A stretch of DNA of 64,000 nt from Gemmatimonadota bacterium. Lineage in GTDB: Bacteria > Gemmatimonadota > Gemmatimonadetes > Longimicrobiales > Gaopeijiaceae. Position numbers and translations under genes: made by a program. Location: assembly GCA_021295835.1 (NCBI GenBank), contig JAGWBP010000007.1, forward strand, positions 36,095 through 100,094, written 5' to 3'. The notes under the pieces are model-generated. The model did no database searches, was not told where the DNA came from, and was given only the letters and a program-made list of their open reading frames with translations. Below are positions 8,626 through 16,667 of the stretch, in pieces (the first letter of the stretch is position 1; each line of letters begins with the position of its first letter).

Positions 8626-9605
8626 CGGGAGCGGCGGTGCACCGAGCTGGCAGGGCGAGCGCACGGCACCGGGCCGAGCACCTGGCGACGCGAGCGGTAG
8701 GTGCCGTTGCGAGGGCGCTGCCGGAGGTGGCGGCCGACCGCTTGGGTGCCGTTCTCGGCTGGCTGCTGGCAAGGGTGTGGCGACCGCGTTGGAAGGTCGT
8801 GACGGCGCAGCTCCGCACCGCCTTTCCCGAGGCCGACGAGCGCTGGCGGCTCCGAGTGGCCCGCAGGTCGTACGCGCACTTCGGGGCGGAGATGGTGGCG
8901 TGGCTCAGACTCGGCGGAGCGAGTCGCGCGGCCATCAGGGAGCGGACCCGCCTGATCGGGGGCGAGCTCCTCGCCGAGGCCCGCGCGCGCGGCCGGGGAG
9001 TGATGCTAGTCAGCGGCCACCTGGGGAACTGGGAGGTGGGCACTGCCGGCATCGTCGCGCGCGGCTTCGCCGTCGACGTGGTCGTGGCCCGTCAGCGCAA
9101 CCCGCTCTTCGACAGCTACCTGACCGGTGCGCGAGAGAGACTCGGCATGAAGGTCGTACTTCGGGAGGACGCCCGCGTTGGTGTCGCGGATGCCCTCGAG
9201 GCGGGGCGGTTCGTCGGCATCATGGGGGACCAGGATGCGAGGAGCGCGGGGGTCTTTGTCGACTTCTGCGGGCGACCGGCCTCCACAGCCCGTGGACCGG
9301 CCCTCCTGGCGCTGCGGTCGGGGGCGCTGCTCGCGACCTTCCACACGGTGCGGAGGCCAGGGTGGTGGCCGCGCTACGATGTCCACATCGCCCCGGTGCG
9401 CCGGGACGCTGCTTCCGAGGGTGGTGGTCGGCGCACACGAGTGGCTGCGCTCACCCAGGCGATAGCGGGGGCGCTCGAAGAGGCGGTGCGCACACACCCC
9501 GAGCAGTATCTCTGGCACCACCGGAGGTGGAAGACGAAGCCGCGAGCGGAGCAGCCCGCCCCATCGGACCAGCGCTCGGCAGGCAAACGTTCCCACCCCC
9601 GATAG
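8604..9605 (+). CDS. Lysophospholipid / lipid A biosynthesis acyltransferase (LpxL/HtrB family)
   Basis: Family pattern: VTAQLRTAFPE near the N-terminus and the active-site HX4(D/E) motif SGHLGNWE. The start is uncertain, either TTG 8604 or in-frame GTG 8637. Confidence 0.75.
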   Translation: MDELARAPGAAVHRAGRASARHRAEHLATRAVGAVARALPEVAADRLGAVLGWLLARVWRPRWKVVTAQLRTAFPEADERWRLRVARRSYAHFGAEMVAWLRLGGASRAAIRERTRLIGGELLAEARARGRGVMLVSGHLGNWEVGTAGIVARGFAVDVVVARQRNPLFDSYLTGARERLGMKVVLREDARVGVADALEAGRFVGIMGDQDARSAGVFVDFCGRPASTARGPALLALRSGALLATFHTVRRPGWWPRYDVHIAPVRRDAASEGGGRRTRVAALTQAIAGALEEAVRTHPEQYLWHHRRWKTKPRAEQPAPSDQRSAGKRSHPR

Positions 9606-9631
9606 CGTCTCAAGGCAGCGTAGATTCAACC

Positions 9632-11245
9632 ATGATCCACATCTGCATTCCCTGTCGGGACGAGCGCCACACGATCGGCGTGCTCCTCTGGAGGATCCGC
9701 GAGGTCATGCTCGAGCTGGGCCGCGACTTCCGGATCCTCGTCCTCGACGACGGGTGCCAAGACGGAACCCGAGAGCTGCTCGAGAGGTACAGCCGCGTGC
9801 TCCCCCTGACGATCCTCACCGAAGAGACCCCTATCGGGTACGGGGCCGCCCTCGAAAAGCTGCTTGTGGCGGCCTCCGAGGGGACCGACTACCCGAAGCG
9901 GGACGCTGTCGTGACAATGCAGGCCGACTTCACCGAGCACCCCGACACCCTGCGGCGCGTCGTGCGCACCTTCGAGGGAGGCACCGACATCGTCGCGTGC
10001 GAGAGGGCGGATGCGTCCGAGGAGGGCGGCACCACTCCAATGCTTGCGCGGATCGCGCGGTGGCTCGTCGGTTCGGCTCGCGGACGGCACACGAAGGGCG
10101 ATGCGGTCGCGGATCCCCTGATCGGCCTGCGTGCCTACCGGATCGCGGTCGTCCGGAAGGCGCTCGCGCAGCGCAAGCGCCCACTCGCCACCTCGGACGG
10201 GTGGGCCGCCAACGTCGAGCTCATGCGCTCCCTGGCGCCCCATGCGCGTCGCGTCGCGCACGTCCCCGTAGCGCTGCGTCACGACATTAGGCGGCGACCC
10301 ACGCGAAGGCGGCTCGTGGCCACGCTGCGGGAGGTCGCGCGCGCCAGGCGGGCGGTCGCATTGGCGGCAGTTTTCGCCGCTCTCCCCCTGGGCACGGCGG
10401 CGCAGAGCCACGCCACCCTGTTGCTCGACTCGCTCGCCGTCGCCCCGCAGGTGGTCGCTCCGCTCCCTTTCGAGCCCGGCGAGCGGCTCAGCTACCGGGT
10501 CAAGTACGGGATCTTCGGCGTCGGCGAGGCGCTGATGGGGGTGGCGGAGATGGACACGCTTCGCGGCAGCTCGGTCTATCCTGTCCACCTCAACATGAGG
10601 GCCAGCGTGCTCGGGTATCGCTTCGACCACTGGCTGATGAGCTGGATCGACACCGAGACCCTGGCGTCGCGCCGCTTCGTGAACGACCAGAGGCGGCGGG
10701 GCCGCTACCGAGAGTACGACATCTTCCCCGAGGAGCGCATGGTTCAGCGTATCGACCGCGACACCACCTGGTCGATCCCGACCTCGGGTCCGCTGGACGA
10801 CATCTCCTTCGTCTACTTCACCCGCACCCTGCCGCTCGAAGTGGGGCGCACCTACACCTTCAACCGCTTCTACAAGGAGAAGGGCAACCCCATACACCTG
10901 GAGATCCTGCGGAGAGACACGCGCGACGTCGGAGCGGGCACCTTCAACACCATCGTGGTCCGCCCGACGATCCCCGGGAGCAGCTTCTTCGCCGAGGGAG
11001 GCGGCGCCGAGATTCACCTATCCGACGACGAGCGGCGCCTGGTCGTCTACATGAAGGTCGACGGCCCGGTGCTGCCGATCAACATCACGATGCACCTGGA
11101 GGAGATCGGTACGGGCTACACGGCGAGCGAGGCGGCGGTGGAGGCTCCGGAGAGCAACTTGGGGTCGGATGATGCGCAAGGTGGTGGTGCAACGCCGGGC
11201 GATGCTGAGCAGAGTGACACAACTTCGGCCAATCCAGGGCCGTAG
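9632..11245 (+). CDS. Family-2 glycosyltransferase fused through one TM helix to a DUF3108-like domain
   Basis: ATG at 9632. The GT2 part is ICIPCRDE...ILVLDDGCQDGT...MQADFTEHP. The TM helix is AVALAAVFAALPLGTAA. The DUF3108-like part is GERLSYRVKYGIFGVGEA...LVVYMKVDGPVLPINITMHL. There is no stop between the two domains. Confidence 0.7.
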   Translation: MIHICIPCRDERHTIGVLLWRIREVMLELGRDFRILVLDDGCQDGTRELLERYSRVLPLTILTEETPIGYGAALEKLLVAASEGTDYPKRDAVVTMQADFTEHPDTLRRVVRTFEGGTDIVACERADASEEGGTTPMLARIARWLVGSARGRHTKGDAVADPLIGLRAYRIAVVRKALAQRKRPLATSDGWAANVELMRSLAPHARRVAHVPVALRHDIRRRPTRRRLVATLREVARARRAVALAAVFAALPLGTAAQSHATLLLDSLAVAPQVVAPLPFEPGERLSYRVKYGIFGVGEALMGVAEMDTLRGSSVYPVHLNMRASVLGYRFDHWLMSWIDTETLASRRFVNDQRRRGRYREYDIFPEERMVQRIDRDTTWSIPTSGPLDDISFVYFTRTLPLEVGRTYTFNRFYKEKGNPIHLEILRRDTRDVGAGTFNTIVVRPTIPGSSFFAEGGGAEIHLSDDERRLVVYMKVDGPVLPINITMHLEEIGTGYTASEAAVEAPESNLGSDDAQGGGATPGDAEQSDTTSANPGP

Positions 11246-11259
11246 TCTGCCCTCGGTCG

Positions 11260-11868
11260 ATGGCCAGGGCATTCGACACTCGCGCAAGTCGGCCGAGGTG
11301 GGGGCCACGGGGAGTCGTCGCGCGGGGCTTCCGCTTCTGGGGCGCATGGGGTCTGGCGATCTGCTGTCTCTGGCTGTCCAGGCCGAGCGGCACGTCGCTT
11401 ATCGCCGGAGGCTCGCTGATCGCGATCGGCCTCCTGATCCGCGCCTGGGCCGCCTCGCTCCTCTGGAAGGACCGCGAGCTGGCGGTGGCGGGACCCTACG
11501 CGCATACCCGCAACCCGCTCTACCTAGGTAGTCTGCTGATGGGTCTTGGCGGTGCGGTGGCCGCAGCAAGTCTGTGGCTCGGCGTCGCCTTCGTAGTCTT
11601 CTTCGCCTGGAGCTACGCACCTGCCATCGAGCGCGAGTCGGCCGAGCTGACGGGGCTCTTCGGAGAGAGCTACCGGAGCTACAGGGCGAGCGTGCCCGCC
11701 CTGCTCCCCAGGGTGACTCCGTACCGTCGGAGCGGGGATCTTTCTGGTCGGACCACCAGCGGCCCTCCCCGGATCTCGCCCGCCCTCTACATGCGGAACC
11801 GCGAGTGGGAGGCGGCGCTGGGGGCGGTGGCGGCGATGGCGGTGCTCGCCGTCAAGGCCGGCGGCTGA
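11260..11868 (+). CDS. Isoprenylcysteine carboxyl / phospholipid methyltransferase family membrane protein
   Basis: 202-aa multi-TM ORF with the ICMT/PEMT-type motif GPYAHTRNPLYLGSLLMGLG. It starts 14 nt after the upstream gene. Confidence 0.7.
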   Translation: MARAFDTRASRPRWGPRGVVARGFRFWGAWGLAICCLWLSRPSGTSLIAGGSLIAIGLLIRAWAASLLWKDRELAVAGPYAHTRNPLYLGSLLMGLGGAVAAASLWLGVAFVVFFAWSYAPAIERESAELTGLFGESYRSYRASVPALLPRVTPYRRSGDLSGRTTSGPPRISPALYMRNREWEAALGAVAAMAVLAVKAGG

Positions 11869-11893
11869 TTTTCGGTCAGTTGCTCAGACTCTG

Positions 11894-11917
11894 GACAGAT
11901 AACTGGCAGAATCTGTC
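11894..11917. terminator. Candidate bidirectional hairpin between convergent genes
   Basis: GACAGAT-N10-ATCTGTC is a perfect 7-bp inverted repeat in the relatively AT-rich 82-bp gap. There is no clear U-tract. Confidence 0.25.
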
Positions 11918-11950
11918 ACACCATCTGCGTCACCCTCCTCTGGAGAGGGA

Positions 11951-12367
11951 TCACCGCGAGTCTCCGTTCCCGTCCTCGATCTCGACCAGATGCAGACTCG
12001 GCCCCGCTAGGGTTCGCCCCTTTACCGTGACGTCCAGCGCGTAGCGCCCCGGCATCGGGAAGACCACATCCTCGATCGGCATCACTAGCTGGGTCCTGGC
12101 AGGGGGCCGGTCGGCGGGGGCCGGGGTGACCTCGGACTGCCCCTCGAGGGTGAGTGTCGGTCGACCCTCTGGATCGCGCACATCCACGCGGAAGTTGTGC
12201 CGCCCGTGGTCGTCGCGGTCCCACTCCAACACGAGGACGAGGGTCATCGCGTCCTGGCGGGCCGGAAAGCCGTGCGCGTAGAGGTCGTGAAAGACGCCCC
12301 GCAGGTCGAGCTTCCCGTCGGGCGCGGTGGTGACTCGGTCGCAGAGCGCGGCTGTGAGGATCCTCAT
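11951..12367 (-). CDS. Hypothetical protein (small all-beta-looking protein, DUF6941-like by recollection)
   Basis: 138-aa ORF with coding-like composition (MRILTAALCDRVTTAPDGKLDLRGVF...). I recognise no catalytic motif. Confidence 0.5.
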   Translation of the reverse strand: MRILTAALCDRVTTAPDGKLDLRGVFHDLYAHGFPARQDAMTLVLVLEWDRDDHGRHNFRVDVRDPEGRPTLTLEGQSEVTPAPADRPPARTQLVMPIEDVVFPMPGRYALDVTVKGRTLAGPSLHLVEIEDGNGDSR

Positions 12368-12748
12368 GGGTTACGATACGCGTTCGATCCCACGCAGACC
12401 AATGGAGGAGAGGGAGCGCGACCACACAGGTGAGTGAAGCCATGCTGCAGGCACCATCTCCGCTCGGCACCCCACGCCACAACCTCGGGGCACCGCATGG
12501 GGCCTCGGGGCAGTCTCGCCTCCTCCCACCTGCACCACATCGGCCCGGCAGGTACATTGGTGTCAGCGGAGCGGAGGTGCGCGGAGGACGGCGGGCCGTT
12601 CGTAGTCTCGCGAGGGGCCGGGGACGTCCGTGTGTGCGCCCCACGATGAAAGCTCGAAATTGACGAGAGGCGTGAAGAGGCTCAGGGTGCAGGAGGAGAC
12701 CATCGTGCTGGTGCGGATCGAGGAGTTGCCTAGACTGGCGCGCCCGGC

Positions 12749-13945
12749 GTGATCATCCGTCCCCGCGTACGCGGCTTCGTCTGCACGACCACCCACCCCG
12801 TGGGGTGCGCCCGCAACGTCGAATCGCAGATCGAGCAGGCGCGCCGACGCCCTATCGCGCGTGCGCCTAGCTCCGTGCTCGTGCTGGGCTCTTCGGCAAG
12901 CTACGGACTGGCGTCGAGGATAGCGCTGGCGTTCGGCGGAGGGGCCGCAACCTTCGGCGTCTTCTACGATCGCCCCCCCTCGGCGCGTCGTCCCGGCACG
13001 GCCGGCTGGTACAACACCGCCGCCTTCGAGGCGGCTGCAGCGAGGGCCGGACTCGTCTCCGCGTGCTACAACGGCGACGCCTTCTCGCACGAGGCCAAGG
13101 AGGTGGTGGTAGCCGCCCTGAAGCGCGACTTCCCCCCCGTCGACTGCGTCGTGAACTCGCTGGCGGCCCCCAGACGGGTGCACCCCGACACCGGAGAGCG
13201 CTTCGCCTCGGTGCTCAGGCCGATCGGGGCCTCCTACCGCACCAAGACGCTGGACACCGCCAGGGGAGAGGTCGCCGAGATCGAGCTCTCGCCCGCCACT
13301 GCCGAAGAGGTGGAGGCCACCGTTGCGGTGATGGGCGGCGAGGATTGGCGTCTCTGGATGAGGGCACTCGGCGACGGGGGCGTCCTGGCGCCGGGTTGCC
13401 GCACATTCGCGTACAGCTACATCGGCCCCGAGCTCACCTGGCCGATCTACCGCGACGGATCGATCGGGCGCGCCAAGGCGGATCTGCACCGCACGGCGAG
13501 GGAGCTGAACCGGGAGCTCGCCGAGACCGGGGGAGGTGCCCACATAGCGGTGCTGAAGGCGATCGTGACGCAGGCGAGCGCCGCGATCCCGGTGGTTCCG
13601 CTCTACATCTCGATCCTCTACCGGGTCATGAAGGAGGCCGGAGACCACGAGGGCGCCATCGAGCAGTCGCTGCGCCTCTACGCCGACAAGGTCTACGGAA
13701 GGCGCGGCGTGCAGGCGGACGACGAACGCCTGGTCCGCCTGGACGACCTCGAGATGAGGAGCGGGACGCAGGCCGAGGTGCTCCGCATCTGGGAGTCGGT
13801 CACGAGCGGCAATCTGCGCTCCGTCACCGACTTCGACGGCTACCGCAAGGCCTTCCTGCAGCTCTTCGGCTTCGAGGTTCCCGGCGTGGACTACGACGCG
13901 GAGGTGGACCCGGTGGTGGAGATCCCTACCCTCGTGGCCGAGTGA
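12749..13945 (+). CDS. fabV: Enoyl-[acyl-carrier-protein] reductase FabV (trans-2-enoyl-CoA reductase family)
   Basis: 398 aa with a GTG start. The FabV/TER N-terminus IIRPRVRGFVCTTTHPVGC is characteristic, and similarity runs the full length (VLGSSASYGLASRIA, YSYIGPELTWPIY). Confidence 0.9.
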   Translation: MIIRPRVRGFVCTTTHPVGCARNVESQIEQARRRPIARAPSSVLVLGSSASYGLASRIALAFGGGAATFGVFYDRPPSARRPGTAGWYNTAAFEAAAARAGLVSACYNGDAFSHEAKEVVVAALKRDFPPVDCVVNSLAAPRRVHPDTGERFASVLRPIGASYRTKTLDTARGEVAEIELSPATAEEVEATVAVMGGEDWRLWMRALGDGGVLAPGCRTFAYSYIGPELTWPIYRDGSIGRAKADLHRTARELNRELAETGGGAHIAVLKAIVTQASAAIPVVPLYISILYRVMKEAGDHEGAIEQSLRLYADKVYGRRGVQADDERLVRLDDLEMRSGTQAEVLRIWESVTSGNLRSVTDFDGYRKAFLQLFGFEVPGVDYDAEVDPVVEIPTLVAE

Positions 13946-13958
13946 GGCGGACACCGCC

Positions 13959-14588
13959 TTGCCGCGAGCTGTAGTCCCCACGGCCGGGCAGCTCGAGGAG
14001 CTCGCCTCCCGTGACCCGGTTCTCGGAGACGCGATGCGGCGAGTGGCACCCTTTCCGGGCTTTCCTCGGGGCCCCCTCGCGCGGGGCTCCCACTTCCAGG
14101 CGATCGCGCGCTCGATCGTCTATCAGCAACTGGCCGGGAGCGCTGCCAAGGCGATCTTCGAGCGGGTCTGTGCGCTCACCCCCGGTCCCGCCTTCCCCAG
14201 AGCGCAGGAGTGCCTGGCGCTGCCCGAGGAGCGTCTTCGCAGCGCCGGGCTGTCGACCGCCAAGGCTCGGAGCATCAGGGAGCTGGCGGCGGCGTGCGAC
14301 TCGGGATCGGTGCAGCTCCGCTCCGTCTCTCGCCGCTCGGACCCGGAAATCGTACAGATGCTCACCACCGTGTGGGGGATCGGCGAGTGGACGGCACAGA
14401 TGTTCCTCATCTTCCGCCTCGGCCGGCTCGACATCATGCCGACGAGCGACCTGGGCATCCGCGAGGGCGTCAGACGCCTGGATGGGCTCGAGGAACGGCC
14501 CTCCGCGAAGGAGGTCGGACGAAGGGCCGAGCTCTGGCAGCCGCTCCGCTCGGTGGCGGCGTGGATCCTCTACCGGCTGTGTGATTGA
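13959..14588 (+). CDS. HhH-GPD DNA glycosylase (DNA-3-methyladenine glycosylase II-like)
   Basis: 209 aa with a TTG start. It has the HhH-GPD pattern: VWGIGEWTAQMFLIF (helix-hairpin-helix) followed by the catalytic Asp region DIMPTSDLGIREG. Confidence 0.75.
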   Translation: MPRAVVPTAGQLEELASRDPVLGDAMRRVAPFPGFPRGPLARGSHFQAIARSIVYQQLAGSAAKAIFERVCALTPGPAFPRAQECLALPEERLRSAGLSTAKARSIRELAAACDSGSVQLRSVSRRSDPEIVQMLTTVWGIGEWTAQMFLIFRLGRLDIMPTSDLGIREGVRRLDGLEERPSAKEVGRRAELWQPLRSVAAWILYRLCD

Positions 14589-14596
14589 CAGATGGC

Positions 14597-14724
14597 AGGT
14601 ACGGACATTGTAAATCATGGATTGCATATTGTAAAGCAAACATTACAATGTGGGGAGGCGACCGAAGCGGTCCAGGGGGGATGCAGCGCCGCTCCTGCCG
14701 TGGGAGGCTTGTTCACAGGCTGCC
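14597..14724. repeat. Mosaic repeat copy: reverse gamma terminus + AT-rich insert + extended alpha module
   Basis: GTACGGACATTGTAAATCATGG matches 4035-4056. GGAGGCGACCGAAGCGGTCCAGGGGGGATGCAGCGCCGCTCCTGCCGTGGGAGGCTTGTTCACAGGCTGCC matches 49493-49560. Confidence 0.8.
14609..14647 (+). promoter_or_regulatory. AT-rich composite motif, copy A: TGTAA-N16-TGTAA-N8-TTACA
   Basis: TGTAAatcatggattgcatatTGTAAagcaaacaTTACA. The same half-sites and spacings occur at 25704-25742 (minus), 45483-45521 and 58587-58625. This copy lies 21 nt after the glycosylase stop and 130 nt before the aminotransferase start. Confidence 0.6.
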
Positions 14725-14776
14725 AGGAAAGGGAGTGAGCGCGCCCGCCCCGGGGAGGGCACCGACGAGGGTGCCG

Positions 14777-15898
14777 ATGATCGACCTTGAGGCCCAGTAC
14801 AGGTCGATACGATCCGAGATCGAGGCCGCCGTCGCGCCCGTCGTCGCCTCGCAGCGCTTCGTCCTGGGGCCCGTGGTCGAGGAGTGCGAGGCGGCGGTCG
14901 CCGCGTACGCGGGCCGCCGCTTCGGGATCGGCGTCTCTTCGGGGACCGACGCACTGCTCGTGGCACTCATGGCCGAGGGGATCGGAGCTGGCGACGAGGT
15001 CATCACGACATGCTTCTCCTTCTTCGCGACTGCGGGTGCAATGGTCCGCCTCGGTGCCACGCCCGTATTCGCCGACATCGACGCCAAGACGTTCAACATC
15101 GACGCGCACGCTGTCGAGCGGCTGGTCACCAAGAGGACTCGCGCCATCGTTCCGGTTCACCTCTACGGGCAGATGGCCGATATGCGCGCAATCCTGGAGA
15201 CGGCTCGCCGACACGACCTGGTCGTCGTCGAGGATGCCGCGCAGGCGCTCGGGGGATCGCGCGACGGCGCACGCGCCGGATCGGTCGGGCACTATGGCTG
15301 CTTTTCCTTCTATCCGACGAAGAACCTCGGAGGGTTCGGCGACGGCGGCATGGTCGTCACCGGCAACCATGATCGCGCGAGTAGGGTCAGGGAGCTCAGG
15401 GCGCACGGCGAGGGGGCGGGCTACATCCACAGGGTGGTGGGGGGGAACTTCCGCCTCGACGCCCTGCAAGCTGCTGTCGTCAACGCCAAGCTGCCGCACC
15501 TGGACGACTGGAACCGAGCCCGCCGACGCAACGCCAGCCTGTACAACGAGCTCCTGGGAGACTTCGCCACCAGGCACCCCGATCTCCTCGAGCTCCCGGC
15601 CAACCGAGCCGAGCGGCACACCTTCCACCAGTACGTGGCGAAGATCGCCCGTCGCGACGAGGTGCGAGCCGAACTGGCCCAAGCCGGAGTCGAAACGGGG
15701 GTCTACTACCCGCTGCCGCTCCACCTGCAGGAGTGCTTTCGGAGTTTGGGGCACAACAAGGGCGACTTCCCGGCGGCCGAGCGTGCAGCCGAGTGCGTTC
15801 TCGCACTCCCCGTCCACTCCGAGCTGGGCCAGGAGCAGGTCGTCCATGTGGCCGACACCCTCCTCGGCGTACTGTCGCGACAATCCCGCACCCGGTAG
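14777..15898 (+). CDS. DegT/DnrJ/EryC1/StrS-family PLP-dependent sugar aminotransferase
   Basis: I chose the ATG at 14777, which has GAGGG 5 nt upstream. The N-terminus MIDLEAQYRSIRSEIEAAV...FVLGPVVEECE is typical of the family. The longer ORF from 14585 would translate the repeat. Confidence 0.85.
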   Translation: MIDLEAQYRSIRSEIEAAVAPVVASQRFVLGPVVEECEAAVAAYAGRRFGIGVSSGTDALLVALMAEGIGAGDEVITTCFSFFATAGAMVRLGATPVFADIDAKTFNIDAHAVERLVTKRTRAIVPVHLYGQMADMRAILETARRHDLVVVEDAAQALGGSRDGARAGSVGHYGCFSFYPTKNLGGFGDGGMVVTGNHDRASRVRELRAHGEGAGYIHRVVGGNFRLDALQAAVVNAKLPHLDDWNRARRRNASLYNELLGDFATRHPDLLELPANRAERHTFHQYVAKIARRDEVRAELAQAGVETGVYYPLPLHLQECFRSLGHNKGDFPAAERAAECVLALPVHSELGQEQVVHVADTLLGVLSRQSRTR

Positions 15899-15936
15899 TT
15901 TGGCCGTCGCCGGGTGCCACCAACGGAGGGCTACGA

Positions 15937-16326
15937 GTGAAGAGCAAGCGAGGAAAGGAGCTGATCGTCGTGGGCGACCGTGTCCTGATCGAACCCGAGG
16001 AGGGCGAGGAGCGCACCTCGGTCGGGCTGTACCTCCCGGCATCCGCCGTGGAGAAGCAGTCTGTTCAGGGCGGCAGGGTCCTGGCCACCGGGCCCGGAAC
16101 CCCGATCGGAGCTCCTACCGAGCTCGACGAAGAGCCTTGGAAGATCGGATCGGGCGAGGCGCGCTACCTACCGGTTCAGGCGCGCGTCGGGGACTTTGCG
16201 ATCTTCTTCCGCAAGGCCGCCGTGGAGATCGCCTTCGAGGAGATCGAGTACCTGGTCGTGCCGCAGGCGGCGATTCTGGCACTGGTCAGAGGGGAGGAGG
16301 CAGGGCCGGTCGAGACGAGCTTCTGA
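15937..16326 (+). CDS. GroES/Cpn10-like co-chaperonin family protein (stand-alone, atypical)
   Basis: GTG at 15937. LIVVGDRVLIEPEEGEERTSVGLYLP...GGRVLATGPG...VGDFAIFF...EIEYLVVPQAAILALV follows the Cpn10 pattern with an insertion. No groEL is adjacent. Confidence 0.55.
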   Translation: MKSKRGKELIVVGDRVLIEPEEGEERTSVGLYLPASAVEKQSVQGGRVLATGPGTPIGAPTELDEEPWKIGSGEARYLPVQARVGDFAIFFRKAAVEIAFEEIEYLVVPQAAILALVRGEEAGPVETSF

Positions 16327-16345
16327 CCGGGAAGGCGGCAGCTCC

Positions 16346-16465
16346 GCTAGCAGCCCGGGGGTTTACAATTCCCGTACCCGTGGCTTAGCTCTGCGTTCCT
16401 CCTCGGGCCGGTAGCGCTGCTACCAGCCCCTGCGGTCCGCAGATGTGCACTGTGCGGAGTCCCCG
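16346..16465. repeat. Mosaic repeat copy (GCTAGCAGCCC + forward gamma module)
   Basis: GCTAGCAGCCCGGGGGTTTACAATTCCCGTACCCGTGGCTTAGCTCTGCGTTCCTCCTCGGGCCGGTAGCGCTGCTACCAGCCCCTGCGGTCCGCAGATG. The 71-nt core differs from 21154-21224 at 4 positions by manual alignment. Confidence 0.85.
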
Positions 16466-16573
16466 AGCCCGGTGTCGCCTTCCCGACGGAGGAGCATCTG
16501 CATGCTGCGGTACGGGCTACAGGGGCCGCTCGGTCTTTGCGGCCCGCCCCCGAGGATTTAGCTTGGTTGGCTG

Positions 16574-16647
16574 CGGGACGTGGCGCAGTCCGGTAGCGCA
16601 CCTGAATGGGGTTCAGGGGGTCGCCGGTTCGAATCCGGCCGTCCCGA
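16574..16647 (+). tRNA. tRNA-Pro: tRNA-Pro, anticodon GGG
   Basis: The manual cloverleaf is complete. Acceptor stem CGGGACG/CGTCCCG, D-stem GCGC/GCGC, anticodon stem CCTGA/TCAGG, loop AT-GGG-GT, T-arm GCCGG-TTCGAAT-CCGGC, discriminator A. Length 74 nt with no encoded CCA. Confidence 0.9.
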
Positions 16648-16667
16648 CTGCGGAGCGGAAAGTCCGG

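Noticed and set aside
8777-9631. Upstream 285 codons of the 822-aa ORF that contains the GT2-DUF3108 gene
   Set aside because: This part is Arg-rich nonsense in an alternative frame of the LpxL-family gene. The GT2 homology begins at ATG 9632.
12368-12748. The 381-bp spacer upstream of fabV as an ncRNA or riboswitch, and a possible degenerate repeat (CAGGTACATTGGTGTCAGC versus CAGGTACGGACATTGTAAATC)
   Set aside because: I recognised no conserved RNA consensus (SRP, 6S, TPP, SAM, cobalamin). The similarity to the repeat terminus is too short to support a call without a search.
14585-14776. N-terminal extension of the DegT ORF starting at a TTGA overlap with the glycosylase stop
   Set aside because: The extension would translate the mosaic repeat and AT-rich motif (MTDGRYGHCKSWIAYCKANITMWGG...). 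The family N-terminus MIDLEAQY starts at ATG 14777, which has a Shine-Dalgarno sequence.
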